Shown here: in pieces, positions 44,930 through 59,640 of the stretch
How positions within the stretch are numbered: the first letter of the stretch is position 1
Layout: each line of letters opens with the position of its first letter
From: the human T2T-CHM13v2.0 reference genome, Homo sapiens
DNA length: 64,000 nucleotides
Assembly: GCF_009914755.1 (NCBI RefSeq)
Contig: NC_060940.1
Direction: 5' to 3' (one strand)
The notes under the pieces: model-generated
Database searches by the model: none
Told to the model about the DNA's origin: nothing
Seen by the model: the letters and a program-made list of their open reading frames with translations, nothing else
Position numbers and translations under genes: made by a program

Positions 44930-45135
44930 TGGTTTGGTGTCAGCTCTGTTATTGATTCACTGTGTGACCTTGGACAAGCTCCTTGTCTGCTTTGAGCCTT
45001 AGAATTTTATGTCTGCAAAATGGGTATAATAATGACTCCTCTGTCGTAGGGTGGCTGGCACGAAATGGGATAATTTAGGTGAAGCAGTTAACATACTACC
45101 TTACGTACAGCTAACACTTAGTAAGTAGCTGTTAT
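44930..45135 (+). mobile_element. MIR
   Basis: CTGTGTGACCTTGGACAAG...TCTGCAAAATGGGTATAATAAT. Confidence 0.75.
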
Positions 45136-45150
45136 AATAATAATGAAGAT

Positions 45151-45457
45151 GGCCGGGTGTGGTGGCTCACACCTGTAATCCCAGCACTTTGGGAGGCCAA
45201 AGCGGGCAGATCACCTGAGGTCAGGAGTTTGAAAGCAGCCTGGCCAACATGGCGAAACCCCATCTCTACCAAAAATACAAAAATTCGCCGGGTGTGGTGA
45301 CACTACTTGGGAGGCTGAGGTATGAGAATCGCTTAAACCTGGGAGGTGGAGGTTGCTGTGAGCTGAGATTGTGCCATTGCTCTCTAGCCTGGGCGACAGA
45401 GCAAGACTCGGTCTCAAATATAATAATAATAATAATCATAATAATAATGATAATAAT
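45151..45457 (+). mobile_element. AluS with an internal deletion and an (AAT)n tail
   Basis: GTGGTGACA|CTACTTGGGAGG lacks about 15 nt; TSD ending in tgaagat. Confidence 0.92.
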
Positions 45458-45487
45458 TGAAGATAATAGGAAAACCATGTTATTACC

Positions 45488-45920
45488 TATATTAGTGTCC
45501 TGTGGTTGCCATAACACAAGTGCCACAAAATGAGGGACTTAAAACAGAAATGTACTTATTCCCTTGCAGTGTGGAGCTTAGAAGTCTGAAATCAAGGTGT
45601 TGGTAGGGCAGTGCTCCCGCTGGAGGCTCTAGGGGAGGATCCTTCCTCTCCTCTTCCTGGCCTCTGGTAGCTGCTGGTGACCCTGGGTGTCCCTTGGCTG
45701 GTGGATATTGGCACTCCCATCTCTCCCTCTGAGTGTGTCTCTGTCCAAATTTCCCTCTTACAAGGACAGTAGTCTTGGGTTAGGACCCACCCTAATCCAG
45801 CATGAGCTCATCTTGACTACATCTGCAAAGACCCTATTTCCAAAGAAGGCCACATTCACACATACCAGGGACTGGACTTCTATGTATGTTTTTGGGGGAT
45901 GCAGTTCAACCCCCAACATT
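45488..45920 (-). mobile_element. MLT1C-like solo LTR
   Basis: TATTAGTGTCCTGTGGTTGCCATAAC...AAATCAAGGTGTTGG...CATCTGCAAAGACCCTATTTCCAAA. Confidence 0.85.
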
Positions 45921-46018
45921 ACCCGTTTATACTTTCTTTCCAGGGCCACCAAGGACAAGACCAGAGTCATTTTCATCCTGAATTGGTGTCAACTAGTGTT
46001 TTCATACCCTAGAGACTA

Positions 46019-46580
<562 letters not shown>

Positions 46581-47569
46581 ACGAGTGCAAACTTTGGAGC
46601 CTGGCCATTCAGGTTCAAGTTCTGGCTCAACCATTGTGACCTTGAATGAGTCAGTGACTCTCTCTGCTTCAGCCTCCCCACCTGTGGAAGGAAGACAGTC
46701 ATCTCAGCCTTACATGAGTGCACAGGTGTCAGGACCCCTGCTGTGCACACGGGCATGTACTCAGTGTTTCTGTGCATGTGGTTTCCCTTCCCTTTCCTCC
46801 TGTTTGGTTTTCTCTGAAGCCGAAAGGTCCTTAGTAGGAAGTTGAGGACCAGCGTTCTCCATGGGAAGACTCAACATCAGTTACAACTCTAGAATTTATT
46901 CCAGGCCATCCAAGTTAAGGTAGTTGTCTGTATTTTGAGAACCTTTCTCTTGCTGTAAAAAGCAAACAAAAACAAAAAAAGACAAACTAGCAAACTCAAA
47001 GAACGAGAATACATATACATGCAGTGCTGCTTCAGATGGAAGTCAGAAAAGTGTGTGATCAAATGAAAGGCTGTTGTTGAAAGGGAAGTCTGCATTTACT
47101 CTTCTGCCAGTTCTCAGACTACCTCAACTCCTTGCTGACATTCCTAGGAATTGTGGTCCCAGCTGGCTTCTATAGCTGTGTGACCTTTGCCTTTTCCAAA
47201 CGAGTGGGCACCCTGCAGGCCACTTCCTCTGGGTTTCAGTGCCCAGCTTATCAGGAGGCTGCATGAACATCTATTTCTAGCTGGGCGGGAAATAGGACGG
47301 GTCCTGGCAGAAGGCGGAGCCCAGAGGTGGCTGGTAGAATCCCCTGGGAGGAGTAAGGGATGCTCTCCGCAGGGACCCCCGTGTCGTGGGTGCCATGGCA
47401 AAGCGTTAACAACAGGCAGTGCCTAGGGAGCCTGAACCAAGGTTGGGAGTGTGGTTTCCTTCTCAGTTCCCTTTCCGTCTTCCTGATTATGACAAGAACA
47501 TCTGTTTGGTACCAACATGTGTTTTTTTTTTTTTTTTTTCTCCTTGATGCTGTGCATTTTTTTCCATTG

Positions 47570-47870
47570 GAATTTTTGTTGAGATAATTGAAGAATCACA
47601 TAAAGATGTAAGAAATGATACAGAGAGATCTCATGTGAACGTTACCCAATTATCCCCAATGGTAATATCTTGCAAACCTGTAGTGCAGTATCACAGCCAG
47701 GATATTAACATTCACAACATTCATAGAACCCACTACCAGTCTTATTCAGATTTTCCCCCATTTTCCTTGTACTTGTGTGTATTTAGTTATGTACAATTTG
47801 GTCACATGCATAGCATCCTATATCTGCCATCATAGTCAAGAGACTAAAGCAATGTAATGATTTCTTACAC
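47570..47870 (-). mobile_element. L1MC-like 3'UTR fragment
   Basis: TGTAAGAAATGATACAGAGAGATC...CCCCAATGGTAATATCTTGCAAA...TATCACAGCCAGGATATT. Confidence 0.7.
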
Positions 47871-47917
47871 CAATTCCATTTCCAAAATTTTAACATGTCT
47901 GTCTTTGAAAGATACTA

Positions 47918-48223
47918 ATTTTCTTTTTTTTTTGAGGCGGAGTCTGGCTCTGTTGCCCAGGCTAGAGTGCACTGGCTTGATCTTGGCTCACTGCAACCTC
48001 TGCCTCCTGGGTTCAAGTGATTCTCTTGCCTCAACCTCCCAGCTTCCCAAGCACCTGGGACTGTAGGCACCTGCCACCATGCCTGGCTAATGTTTATATT
48101 TTTAGTAGAGATGGGGTTTCACCATGTTTCCCAGGCAGGTTTTGAGCTCCTGGCCTCATGTGATCTGCCTGCCTTGGCCTCCCAAAGTGCTGGGATTACA
48201 GGCATGAGCCGCCGTTGCCAGCC
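47918..48223 (-). mobile_element. AluS
   Basis: Antisense dimer; TSD tgaaagata. Confidence 0.93.
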
Positions 48224-48263
48224 TGAAAGATATGAAATGTCTTTATTAAAATATAACTTGCAG

Positions 48264-48612
48264 ACATAAAAAAGAATGAGTTCATGTCCTTTGCAGGGAC
48301 ATGGATGAAGCTGGAAGCCATCATTCTCAGCAAACTAACACAGGAACAGAAAACCAAACGCCGCATGTTCTCACTCATCAGTGGGAGTTGAACAATGAGA
48401 ACACATGGACAGAGGGAGGGGAACATCACACACCAGGGCCTGTCAGGGGGTGGGGGCAAGGGGAGGGAGAGCGTTAGGACAAATACCTAATGCCTGCAGG
48501 GTTTAAAACCTAGATGATGGGTTGATAGGTGCAGCAAGCCACCATGGCACAGGTATGCCTATGTAACAAACCTGCACGTTCCGCACATGTATCCCAGAAC
48601 TTAAAGTAAAAT

Positions 48613-48616
<4 letters not shown>
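48264..48616 (+). mobile_element. L1PA 3' end (5'-truncated)
   Basis: CATAAAAAAGAATGAGTTCATGTCCTTTGCAGGGACATGG...GTAACAAACCTGCAC...CCCAGAACTTAAAGTA. Confidence 0.95.

Positions 48617-48649
<33 letters not shown>
48617..48649. repeat. (TA)n microsatellite at the L1 tail
   Basis: About 16 TA units. Confidence 0.95.
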
Positions 48650-48652
<3 letters not shown>

Positions 48653-49609
48653 AATAACACAGATGTGGTAAAATGCACACATGGTGCATGTAAGGCTCAA
48701 GGCTTTAAGCATGGGTCCACCTCTGTGGCCATTCCTCGGGTCCCGGTGACCCAGTCCTCTCTTTAGGTGACACCACTCTGACCCCATCAGTGAGTCTTGC
48801 ATGGCTAATTGGCTTTGTGCCTCTCTTAAAGGCTTCTCATTTCCCTTTATGACTCACAGAACCAAGCCGAGGGTTTTGCTTCCAGCAGACAACTATTTCT
48901 AGGTAGAATTTAATCATATTGTCACGTTTCCACTGATTTTATTATTTTGCAGTTCCTATTGTATATGGTGAGTGTTACTGGTTTTCTTTTTGCCAAAAAC
49001 ATAAAATCACTCTTAACATACATCAGTTCAGGTGAAAACGGTGAGTTGATTTAAAGAAAACTATCACATAAATAGTATCAGCAGTAGGCAGATACAACAA
49101 ACCTTATAAGGTTGATAAACAAATGTTTGCAGTTTGAGAAATAATGTCATATGGCTCCAAACCACCCCCCAAAACTGGTCAATCCATGTGTGAGGAAAAA
49201 AAAAAATCTCTATATAGTCTTTGTATAATGAGAGTTTTCTGTGTAATTTTGATACACAGTACTGGTTTAAAGAAAAGCAGAATTAGCCTATTAAAATATT
49301 AATAGGCTGTATATAATGTAATGAGCCCTTCCTTTATTGCCTTAATAATTTTTGTTATATTTGCATACCATGAGTACTATTTTATATCTAATACTTATTT
49401 TAATATTGATTCACTATTTTTAAACTTAATTTTATATAGAAAAGAAACTTGATTTCATAGTTTAGAGGTGCCAGGTATGTATTTTTTCAATATATTTTAA
49501 AATATACTACAGTTAAGACATAACAAAGGGTGGGCACCATTTAAATTTAATTACCAGCAGGAGGGTGAAAAACACCAAGTTTAAATGGCACCAAAATGAT
49601 GAACATTTA

Positions 49610-49914
<305 letters not shown>

Positions 49915-50139
49915 TTATTTGATGGCCCATGCTGGGGGTGTTAGTGGTGAGCACATAAAGCTCCTCATTTTCTCATTGTCTCCTGAGTTTGGAAATGATT
50001 GAGAAATGAAACATCGGCAATCAACGAAGGGCGATGAGATGGCTGCCTGGAGAGCACGCTTAGAATTGAGCCCTGACAGCTGGCCCCTGAGCTGCCCACC
50101 CTGTCATGGCCTGGGTGGATGCCCATAGGTGTCTCAGAG

Positions 50140-50631
50140 CAGCAGTCCCGGACTTTTTTGGCACCAGGGGCCGGTTTTGTGGAAGATAACTTTTCCATGG
50201 GCCAGATTGGCCTGGGGGGATAGTGTGAGGATGATTCAAGGGCATTACATTGATTGTGTACTTCATTTATATTATGATTACATTGTAATATATAATGAAA
50301 TAATTATACAACTCACCGTAATATAGAATCAGTGGGAGACCTGAGCTTGTTTTCCTGCAACTAGACAGTTCTATCTGGGAGTGATGGGAGACAGTGACAG
50401 ATCATCAGGCATTAGATTCTCATAAAGAGTGTACAGCCTGGGTCCCTCACATGTGCAGTTCTCAATAAGGTTTGTGCTGCCATGAGAATCTAACGCCGCT
50501 GATGATCTGACAGGAGGTGGAGCTCAGGCAGTAATGTTCGCTAGACCCCTGCTCACCTCCTGCTGTGCGGCTCGATTCCTAACGGGCCACAGACAGGTGC
50601 CAGTTCATGGCCTGGGGATTGGGGACCCCTG
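50140..50631. mobile_element. MER1A (hAT-Charlie)
   Basis: CAGCAGTCCC...TTTTTGGCACCAGGG...ATTAGATTCTCATAA...TTGGGGACCCCTG; TSD tctcagag/tcttggag. Confidence 0.9.
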
Positions 50632-51045
50632 TCTTGGAGGCAGCTCCCTTCCGAGTGGCAAGGAACAGGGCAGGGCACGTGGTCCCTTGGGGGTGGATCC
50701 AGCTAGAACAAGATGAAGAGGCTGAGTATCCTCAGTTCCTTTTTCCAGGGAGTGGTCCCTTCCTCCCTCGGGGAGGGGGAGTCCCAGAGGGGAGAGAAGC
50801 ACCAGTTTCCCCAGTATCACTTAAAACTCTTATCTATTGAATAGTTCTGCATGAATATGAAGCATTAGAATCACAGACCTAATTATTTGAGCATAATGAT
50901 CTGGGAAGAATCTCTTCACATGGAAGCAGGACACTGATTTTCGCCTCTGCTGTCAGCGCAGTGGCAACAACTCTGTTGTTTATTATCTTTTTAACAAAGA
51001 AGATAAGGGCAGGCCCACCCCCTATCTGCAGGCCAAAAAGTAAAC

Positions 51046-51046
51046 T

Positions 51047-51089
<43 letters not shown>

Positions 51090-51377
51090 TTGAGATAGAG
51101 TCTCACTGAGTCGCCTAGGCTGGAGTGCAGTGGCATGATCTTGGCTCACTTCAACCTCCGTCTCCTGGGCTCAAGCCGTTCTTCTCAGCCTCCTGAGTAG
51201 CTGGGATTACAGGCACCCAGGCGCTTACTACCATGCCCAGCTAATTTTTGTATTTTTAGTAGAGACAGCATTTCACTATGTTGGCCAGGCTGGTTTCAAA
51301 CTCCTGACCTCAAGTGATCTGCCCACTTCGGCCTCCCAAGGTGCTGGGATTACAGGCATGAACCACTGCGCCCGGCT
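51046..51377 (-). mobile_element. AluS with a (TTTA)n tail
   Basis: TSD gtaaacttta. Confidence 0.95.
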
Positions 51378-53666
51378 GTAAACTTTACTTTTTGCAAAGT
51401 TTTTTTTCAGATATATCTCTATAGGGTGTATGTTCTTTTTCCATTTCATAGATGAGAAAATAGACAGTAAGCCAGAATAGAGGCTTCTTCATACAGCCAG
51501 GAGAGAAAGAGCTGGATTTAACTCATGCCTGCTAGATCCTTCTAGAGCTGGGCTCTTTCTGCTCTACCGTGTGTGCCTCGGAAGCCCCTTTTGTCATTAC
51601 ATGTTCTTCTGCTGTGTATCTCACCTATTCCCCCAGCTGCCATGTCAGACGCTGCTACATGTGTGAAGTAACCTAACACCTTTGGTTTTTCTTAAAGCAG
51701 GGTCCTTGGCTGAGGTCAGTAAGCAACGCTGGGGCTTTTTACTTAAAGTGAAACCACCAGCAGCTGGGAAGCTGGTGTTGCAAGGTGGTACAGAAAACCA
51801 TTCAGCCTAGTAGCTAAACTCACCTTGGTGGAGCCCTCCTGGGGCCACGTGATTTTTATTTCATGTTATTTCATTTGGTTTGCATGACAACTCAATGATA
51901 AGCATCACTGCTTGTACAGCGGAGGAAACAGCAAAGAGAAGGGATGCAACGTGCCTGGTTCCTGTGCACCCCTGGGGAGCATAAGCCAGGATTTGAACCA
52001 AGGTCTTTGTACTCCAGAACTCCCTACAAAGGGAGGCTTTCTCCTCTTCTTCCCAGGTGAGCTCCAGTCTGCAGAACTCAGCCAGGATGCATGTGCTCAG
52101 AGAAGCCTTTCTTCCCCTTGCTGGGGAGGAGCCCCAGTGTGGACTCTGTTGCACTCCTGATGTGGATGGAGATGTGGATATTCACATATCATATGCCGGC
52201 CTGGACAGGGCCTGTCCTCCCTCCCAGACTCGGAGCCGTCTGAGGGCAGGACTGTGTCTGTCTCTGCAGTGTGGCATCCCTAGCGCTCAGCGTGGGGTTC
52301 TGTGACTGCCTGGTTGACTGAATAACTGAAAGTCGGAAAAGAGGTTGGGGTATGTGTGGGAAGGTGCCCAAGCCTTCTGTCTGTCTGTTTGCTCGCTTGA
52401 ATATGTCTTGAGCTTCCAGAGAGAAATTTTTGTTAAGCTCATTGTCAGGTGTGGTGCCCCTTGAGGTCATGTATGGGAATTGGGGAAAAAGCCATGTTCC
52501 TGGTGTCAGGGGTGGGAGGACGTTCCGTGGGTGCAGGGAGCCTGAGAGAGACAGAGAATCAGTAGCGGGAGGAGGAAGGAAATGGGAGCTTGAAGAACAG
52601 GGTCATGGCCCGGCCAGCAAAGGGGTCGGTGGTGTAAAGCGGGGAGTGAGAGGAAGCTATGAGACGTACGGAGGGGCCAAAAGTCCGCAAGGCTGTGCCA
52701 GAAGGTGATGGGTAGGCAGGGAGGGCTGAGGGAGGGTGGCTGGAGTGGGGTGCCGGCCTTTGAGGCTGACTCTAGGAGACTCAGTGTGTGGGGGTTTGTT
52801 TGCAGGGGGTGGGAGTGGAGGGATGGGTGGTGGGGGTGGGGTGGACCTGGGAAGACCCGAGGTGATGCTGGGAAGGGGGTGGGGTTGTGCAAAGATGAAG
52901 CCTCATTTCTGTGGCTGGGTTATCTCACTTTCTTCAAGCAGGAAACTCGGCCACTGAGCCCCACCATGCAAGAGTGCATGGCCTGAGGTCTGCTGACCAC
53001 AGCCTACTTTGAGAATAAAGTGTTGTTTCAGTCACTATGAGCCCTTGGCAAAAATTTGAACCCATGCAGACAAAGCCCTCCTTGACCATCATTTGCCCAT
53101 CTCCTTCTCACTAGTAGTGCCTGTTGTCAGCAAGTTGGTGGAAATCTTTTGGTACCCTTTCTCACACCTTTACACTCATACGTGCACACTTACAAATAGG
53201 CACATTCCTTCTTAGCTGAATCCAGTACATTCCTGAAAACACACTGGAGAGGAACATTTTTGGATTGCAATATATTACATCATATTACACAGAGACAAGC
53301 GCTGATGCATTACCAACTGATTGAAACACCCCAGCCAATTTCCTTAGTATCACTTAACAACCTTAAGTACCTAAAATCAGCCTACCAATATTTTTCGCGT
53401 GAATACAAAGCATCTACAGCAACAAATGCCCAATTTTTGGGTGCTTTGATGAACCCATTGCTAAGCATGTTTGCAAAAAGTACATAGGATACTATACAGT
53501 AATGTTTCTGAATTAGGATATTCTTCTATCCTCCAACTACCTTGTACTGTAATGGAAAAAACAATGAAATGATCTGCTTAAAATACTAAAGATTCATTTA
53601 AATTGGACCCTGGTTGGTAGTTTGCTTGTCAGAAGCAAATGCTGGGATGAAAGAAGAACTCAATAG

Positions 53667-54458
<792 letters not shown>

Positions 54459-54769
54459 CACACCTTCACTGTTTTCATTGGCACCTAGGTGCTCGTGAAC
54501 CTCGTACAGCAGGTCTATGATCTGGATTGTGCATTTTGCATAAAAAAAGAGTTAATAAGTTATAGTAGACATTCAGATAGTGAGAATTTGCATAGTGATG
54601 GACACTTGTATATAATATGTACATGTACACATGGCCATGTATGTGTGTACACACATGGATGCATACATCTAGTCTCCTATTTACACAGGTCATCGAGGAG
54701 TTTTTGTCATGTCGGTACATAAGGATCTGCCTCCTTAATGTTCACAGCAAATAAATTGAGACACCATGT

Positions 54770-55075
54770 TCTTTCTTTTTTTCTGAGACAGGGTCTTGCT
54801 CTCTTGCCAGGCTGGTGTGCAGAGTTGTGATTACAGCTCATTGCAGCCTCAAACTCCTGAGCTCAAGCAATTCTCCTCCCTCAACTTCTTGAGTAGCTGA
54901 GACTACCAGTGTGCACCAGCACACTTGGCTAACTGCGTTTATTTTTTGTATTTTTTTTTAGAGATGGGGTATTGCTTTGTTGCCCAGGTTGGTCTTGAAC
55001 TCTCTGGTTTCAAATGATCCTCCTACTTCAACCTCCCAAAGTGCTGGAATTATAGGCATGAGCCATTGTTCCCTG
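54770..55075 (-). mobile_element. AluJ
   Basis: J-type diagnostics. Confidence 0.88.
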
Positions 55076-55184
55076 TCCCGTGTTATTTCTTATGCCTTAT
55101 ATGTGTCCAGCTTGATTCAGTTGCTAACAAGTACAGAGAAGCTTCTACATCTTTGTTTTTTTTCCCCTACATTTTTGTTTTGCC

Positions 55185-55400
55185 AGGTACTATTTTAATT
55201 GACAAACACACATGTACAGTCGCACACTCATTTAATCCCCACAAGAGCACTGTGTGGTAAGTATCACTATCACTCCTGTTGTTCACATGAAGAAGCAGAG
55301 GCACAGAGAATTGAAGTTACTGTCCAAAGCTATCTGCTATAAGCTGGGGAGCTGGGACTCCAGGTTCCAGAGTCTGTCCACCTCATCAGTAGCGACACTG
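55185..55400 (-). mobile_element. MIR
   Basis: CTCATTTAATCCCCACAA...ATGAAGAAGCAGAGGCACAGAGA. Confidence 0.7.
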
Positions 55401-55729
55401 CTCCTCATGACTTGGATAGCTCCTGGGAACATGAATTTGCAGCCTCTGCACTAGAATCTTGTTCCCAGCCTCGGGTCAGAAAGGTGGCTTGAATGCACTG
55501 CGTTGAGCGCAGTGGGCCTGACCGCTCTCTGTGCAGCTCTGCACCCCTGTGGGTAGTGGGATCATCATTCACCAAGATGCCCCTGCCTGATGTAAGATCA
55601 AGGGGTGGAGATGTCAACAAAAATGCCCACCGACCCCCTCAGACTTTGCTGAATACCAGATAGAAAACCCTGGAGAGAGCTGCATATTCTTATGTGGCTT
55701 CTTAGAGTCACTTGCTTGACTATGAGTCA

Positions 55730-55882
55730 AAGTTCAAATGCTGGCTCTTGCACTTGTGGCTGGTGACCCTGGCCAAGGTACTTCACTTCTCCACATCTCA
55801 GTTTCCTCATTTGTAAAATAGGGGCAGTCATGGTACCTGCCTCATAGTGTTCTTGTGAGGAACGATGAGTTAATACAGAGGA
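55730..55882 (+). mobile_element. MIR, split by an LTR16; tail at about 56300-56365
   Basis: TCTCAGTTTCCTCATTTGTAAAATAGGG...TACCTGCCTCATAG. Confidence 0.8.
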
Positions 55883-55885
55883 TGC

Positions 55886-56300
55886 TGTTGTGCCCCACTC
55901 AGCTCCCATTACCAGGCTTGTGCTCCATTTCCCAGCTGCTAGGAGTGTTGGGTGTCGTGGCTCACAGGTGCCCCTTCTTCAGGGCACTGCTCTCACTAGA
56001 AGAAAGCTGCATCACCTAGGAGGTTGTAGTGGCTGTAAGCCAAGCCAATGACTGACTGGCAGGGAGGACAAGAAGGACTGGCCTCCCTTCCTTCAGGAGG
56101 ACCTACTTTTCCGGTGTGATTCATGCTCCAGACATCCCCCCGCCACTCCCTATACAGTCAGGGTGAAGCCCATCCCTAAGTGGGACCACAGCCTTGTTTA
56201 GCTTTATTCTGCTCGCCATCCCACTCCTGCACTCTCCCAGTAAACACTTGAGCAAGAATTCCTGACTCAGGCTCAACTTCCAGGGAACCAACCTATGATA
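55886..56300 (+). mobile_element. LTR16C-like ERVL LTR
   Basis: AGCCAATGACTGAC...CAGTAAACACTTGAGCAAGAAT...CTCAGGCTCAACTTCCAGGGAACCAACCTA. Confidence 0.6.
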
Positions 56301-56579
56301 ACATGCAAAACATTAGCACTCTGCCTAACACAGAGTAGGTGCTCTGTAAGAGTTTTGCTATATAGCATTTATTTTTATCCTCAAGGATGAGGCTACTGTA
56401 TCTGTAAGACCCTTGAGGGCCAGGATCAAGTACATCCAGCAGAACATCGGGCTTATGGCTAATGCTTAAAAAGATCATGAGTAGATAGTCCATGTTCATG
56501 GATAGGAAGACTCAATATTTTCAAGATATCAGTTCTTCCTGGCTTCATCTATAGATTCAACACAATCCCAACCAAAATC

Positions 56580-57801
56580 TAATAGAGATACAAGAAAAGG
56601 TTTTTTTCAATTCACATTCAATACAGCACGAAACACTTCACCTCAGAGAAAGGAAAAATCAAGGTGTGTTTTTTTTCTCTTTCTCTTTCCTCTTCCCTCT
56701 GTACTCAACACTTTTGACACCAGATGTGTATGGTTTTCCCCCCACGCATCAAGCAAACAATTCTCCATTGGACACCAGTTTGGTGTCCTCTAGTTCAGTT
56801 CAATTCTGATACTATCTACTTGGAGCTAGAATCAGATTCCACAGGTTGAGAGCTCAGTCCCTCAAGACTCTGTCCCATTTCAGGTGCCAGTCACAAGCCC
56901 AAGTTGTGGCCTATGCTTTTGACTGACTGGCTATAAATTGGGGTTCCAATAACCCACTCCTTGGGTTTGATTAATTTGCTAGAATGGCTGACACAACTAA
57001 GGGAAACATGTATACCAGTTTATTAAAATGATATTACAAAAGATAAAGATGATCAGCCTGATAGAAGAGATGCATAGGGCATAGGGTTCCCATGTTCTCT
57101 CTGGGCATGCCACCCGCCAGAAACTTCCATGTGTTTAGCAACCAAGAAGCTCTCTAAGCCCTGTCATCTTGGGTTTTTATGAGAGCCTAATTACGAAGGC
57201 ATGATTGATTAAATCATTGGCCATTGGTGACCAACTCAGTCTTTAGCCCCTCTCTCCTTCCTGGACGTTGGGGGTAGGGCTGAAAGTTCCAACCCTCTAA
57301 TCACATCGTTGGTTCCCCTGGCAGCCAACCTTCATCCTGAGGTATCTAGGAGCCCCCAGCCCTACAAAAAGATACTTATCACTGGAGATTCCAAGGGTGT
57401 TAGGGGTTGTGTGCCAGAAAATGGGGTTGGAGACCAAATATATGCAGTCAGTCCTCTGTATTTGTGGATTCTGCGTCTGTGGATTTAAGCTATGGTCGAT
57501 TGAAAATATTTGAGAAAATTGCATCTTACTGAACATGGACAAACTTTTTTGTTGTCATTATTCCCTGAGCAATACAGTATAATTATTTACATAACATTTA
57601 CATTGTATTAGGTATTAAAAGTAATCTAGGGATTTAAGGTATATGGAGGGATGTGCATAGGCTGTATGCAAATTCTCTGCCATTTTTTATCAGAGGCTTG
57701 AGCATCTATTTGGATTTTGGTATCTGTGGAAGATCCTGGAACCGATCCCCAACAGTCACTGAGGGATGACTGTATATCTTATTAAAAGTCACAATATTAC
57801 A
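56580..57801 (-). mobile_element. MER21-family (ERVL) LTR
   Basis: GACACCAG...CAATTCTGATACTATCTACTTGGAG...TTAATTTGCTAGAATGGC...GGGCTGAAAGTTCCAACCCTCTAATCAC...TCACAATATTACA. Confidence 0.8.
57445..57772. mobile_element. MER2 (TcMar-Tigger MITE)
   Basis: TIRs CAGTCAGTCCTC / GAGGGATGACTG; TTACATTGTATTAGGTATTA..AGTAATCTAG core. Confidence 0.88.
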
Positions 57802-58539
57802 GAATCCTAGCAAGTTATTCTGTGGGTAGTGACAAAGTGATTCCAAAGGTTATATGGAAAGGTGGAAGACATAGACTAGCAAACACAGCATTGTAGAACG
57901 AAATCAGAGGACTGCAAGACTTACTCTAACGTTCCAGTAATCAGTACAGGTGATGTTGGCAGAAGAATAGAAAGATTAGTAGAACAGGATCAAGAGCGCA
58001 GAAATAGACCCACACAAATATCATCAACTGATCTTTGACAAAGGGGCAGAGGCCACTCAGTGGAGAAAGGATAATCATTTCAGAAGTATGATGAATAAGC
58101 TAATACTTGTCTTGGGAAGAAGCAAGAGAGGGGTGTTCAGGATGATAAAGTCCTGGTTGATGAAGGCAGATGCCTGCAGCTCTTTCCTGGGGCAGGGCTG
58201 GCTTCCAAAGGGTGCTTGTTTGGGCCCTTTGGAAGGGGGTGTGCGGATGTGCAGGGCTGCTTGTATCATTAGAATGGCTGTTAGAATTTCATTCTTTCTT
58301 TCTTACCATGCTCTGTCTCTCTGCCTTTGTACATGTGCGTTTGCATTTCTCTCCCTCCTTGTCTGGGTAACCTGTGCTTTTCTGTACCTGGTCTCTCTGT
58401 CCCTCTCTGTCTCCCTTGGTCTCCCTTGTCTCCTCCTCTGTCCTTCTTCCTCTCTGTCCCCTGCTCTGCTCAGTCATCAGTAATTTGATCCCTCTTGAGG
58501 TCCCCATTTCTCTCTGTCCCTTTCCTCTTTCCAAGAACT

Positions 58540-59210
58540 ACTTATTGGGCCCCGCTGTGTGCCAGCTACTCTGATAGGGGTGGAGCTCAGTGGTGAAGAA
58601 GGGTGTACAATCCCTGCGTGTATGGAGCTTACAGTCTAGGAAAGGAGGGCTGTGGATCCACAGATTCCATCTAATACATATTTGCCTCTGTTGAGTGCTG
58701 TGGAAGAGAGGTGCTTGGTATAGATCATAGCAGGCATTGGGAGGTTTTCTGAGTTTGGTTTGATTGAGCTGAGACTGGAAGGGAGAGCTTGGCACTAACC
58801 AGACTAAGAACATTTTCAGTGGTGCCAACAACACCACTAATGTCCTATGGTAGGAATGAGTGTGACCTATAAGAGATGCTTGGAGGGGCCTGTGTGGGTG
58901 GTGCAAGGGCTGGGAGGCAGATGCTTAGGCCACGTGGGGTTGGAGGGGTCATCACAGGGCTGTGGTTCTTAGTCCTTACAGCAATGGGACGTCACGGGAA
59001 GGCTTGATCCCAAGGAGTGGCATGAGCCTGTTTGTATTTCGTAAGGTGACTGTGGGGATAACGTACTGCTTTAAGGAGACAAGTCAGGAAGCTGCCTCCA
59101 TAGACAAGAGATAATGGTGGCTTGGATTGTGGTGTTGGCCATGGAAATGGATAGACGTTGACAGATTCCAGAGCAATTTCAGAAGTAGAATTGTTAAAAT
59201 CTGGCTATTG
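58540..59210 (-). mobile_element. L2 fragment
   Basis: CTTATTGGGCCCGCTGTGTGCCAG...GGAGCTTACAGTCTAG...AGAGATAATGGTGGCTTGGA. Confidence 0.65.
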
Positions 59211-59301
59211 CTGGAAGACAATGTTACATTGTCTAAAAAAGTTTTTCTTTAGTTATGTATAATTTTTCTGTAAGGACAGATGCTCACCATAGGCCAGTTC
59301 A

Positions 59302-59640
<339 letters not shown>

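Larger units (their letters stand above)
56460..58090 (+). mobile_element. L1M ORF2 fragment interrupted by MER21 and MER2
   Basis: CCATGTTCATGGATAGGAAGACTCAATATT...CAATCCCAACCAAAATC | AATCCTAGCAAGTTATT...GAAATAGACCCACACAAATA...ATCTTTGACAAAGG. Confidence 0.85.

Noticed and set aside
48860-49560. AT-rich stretch resembling old hAT/Charlie-type DNA transposon pieces
   Set aside because: Too degenerate to assign a family or boundaries without a Dfam search.
54618-54656. Three abutting palindromes (TGTACATGTACA, ACATGGCCATGT, ATGTGTGTACACACAT)
   Set aside because: Expected by-product of a decayed purine-pyrimidine alternating low-complexity tract.
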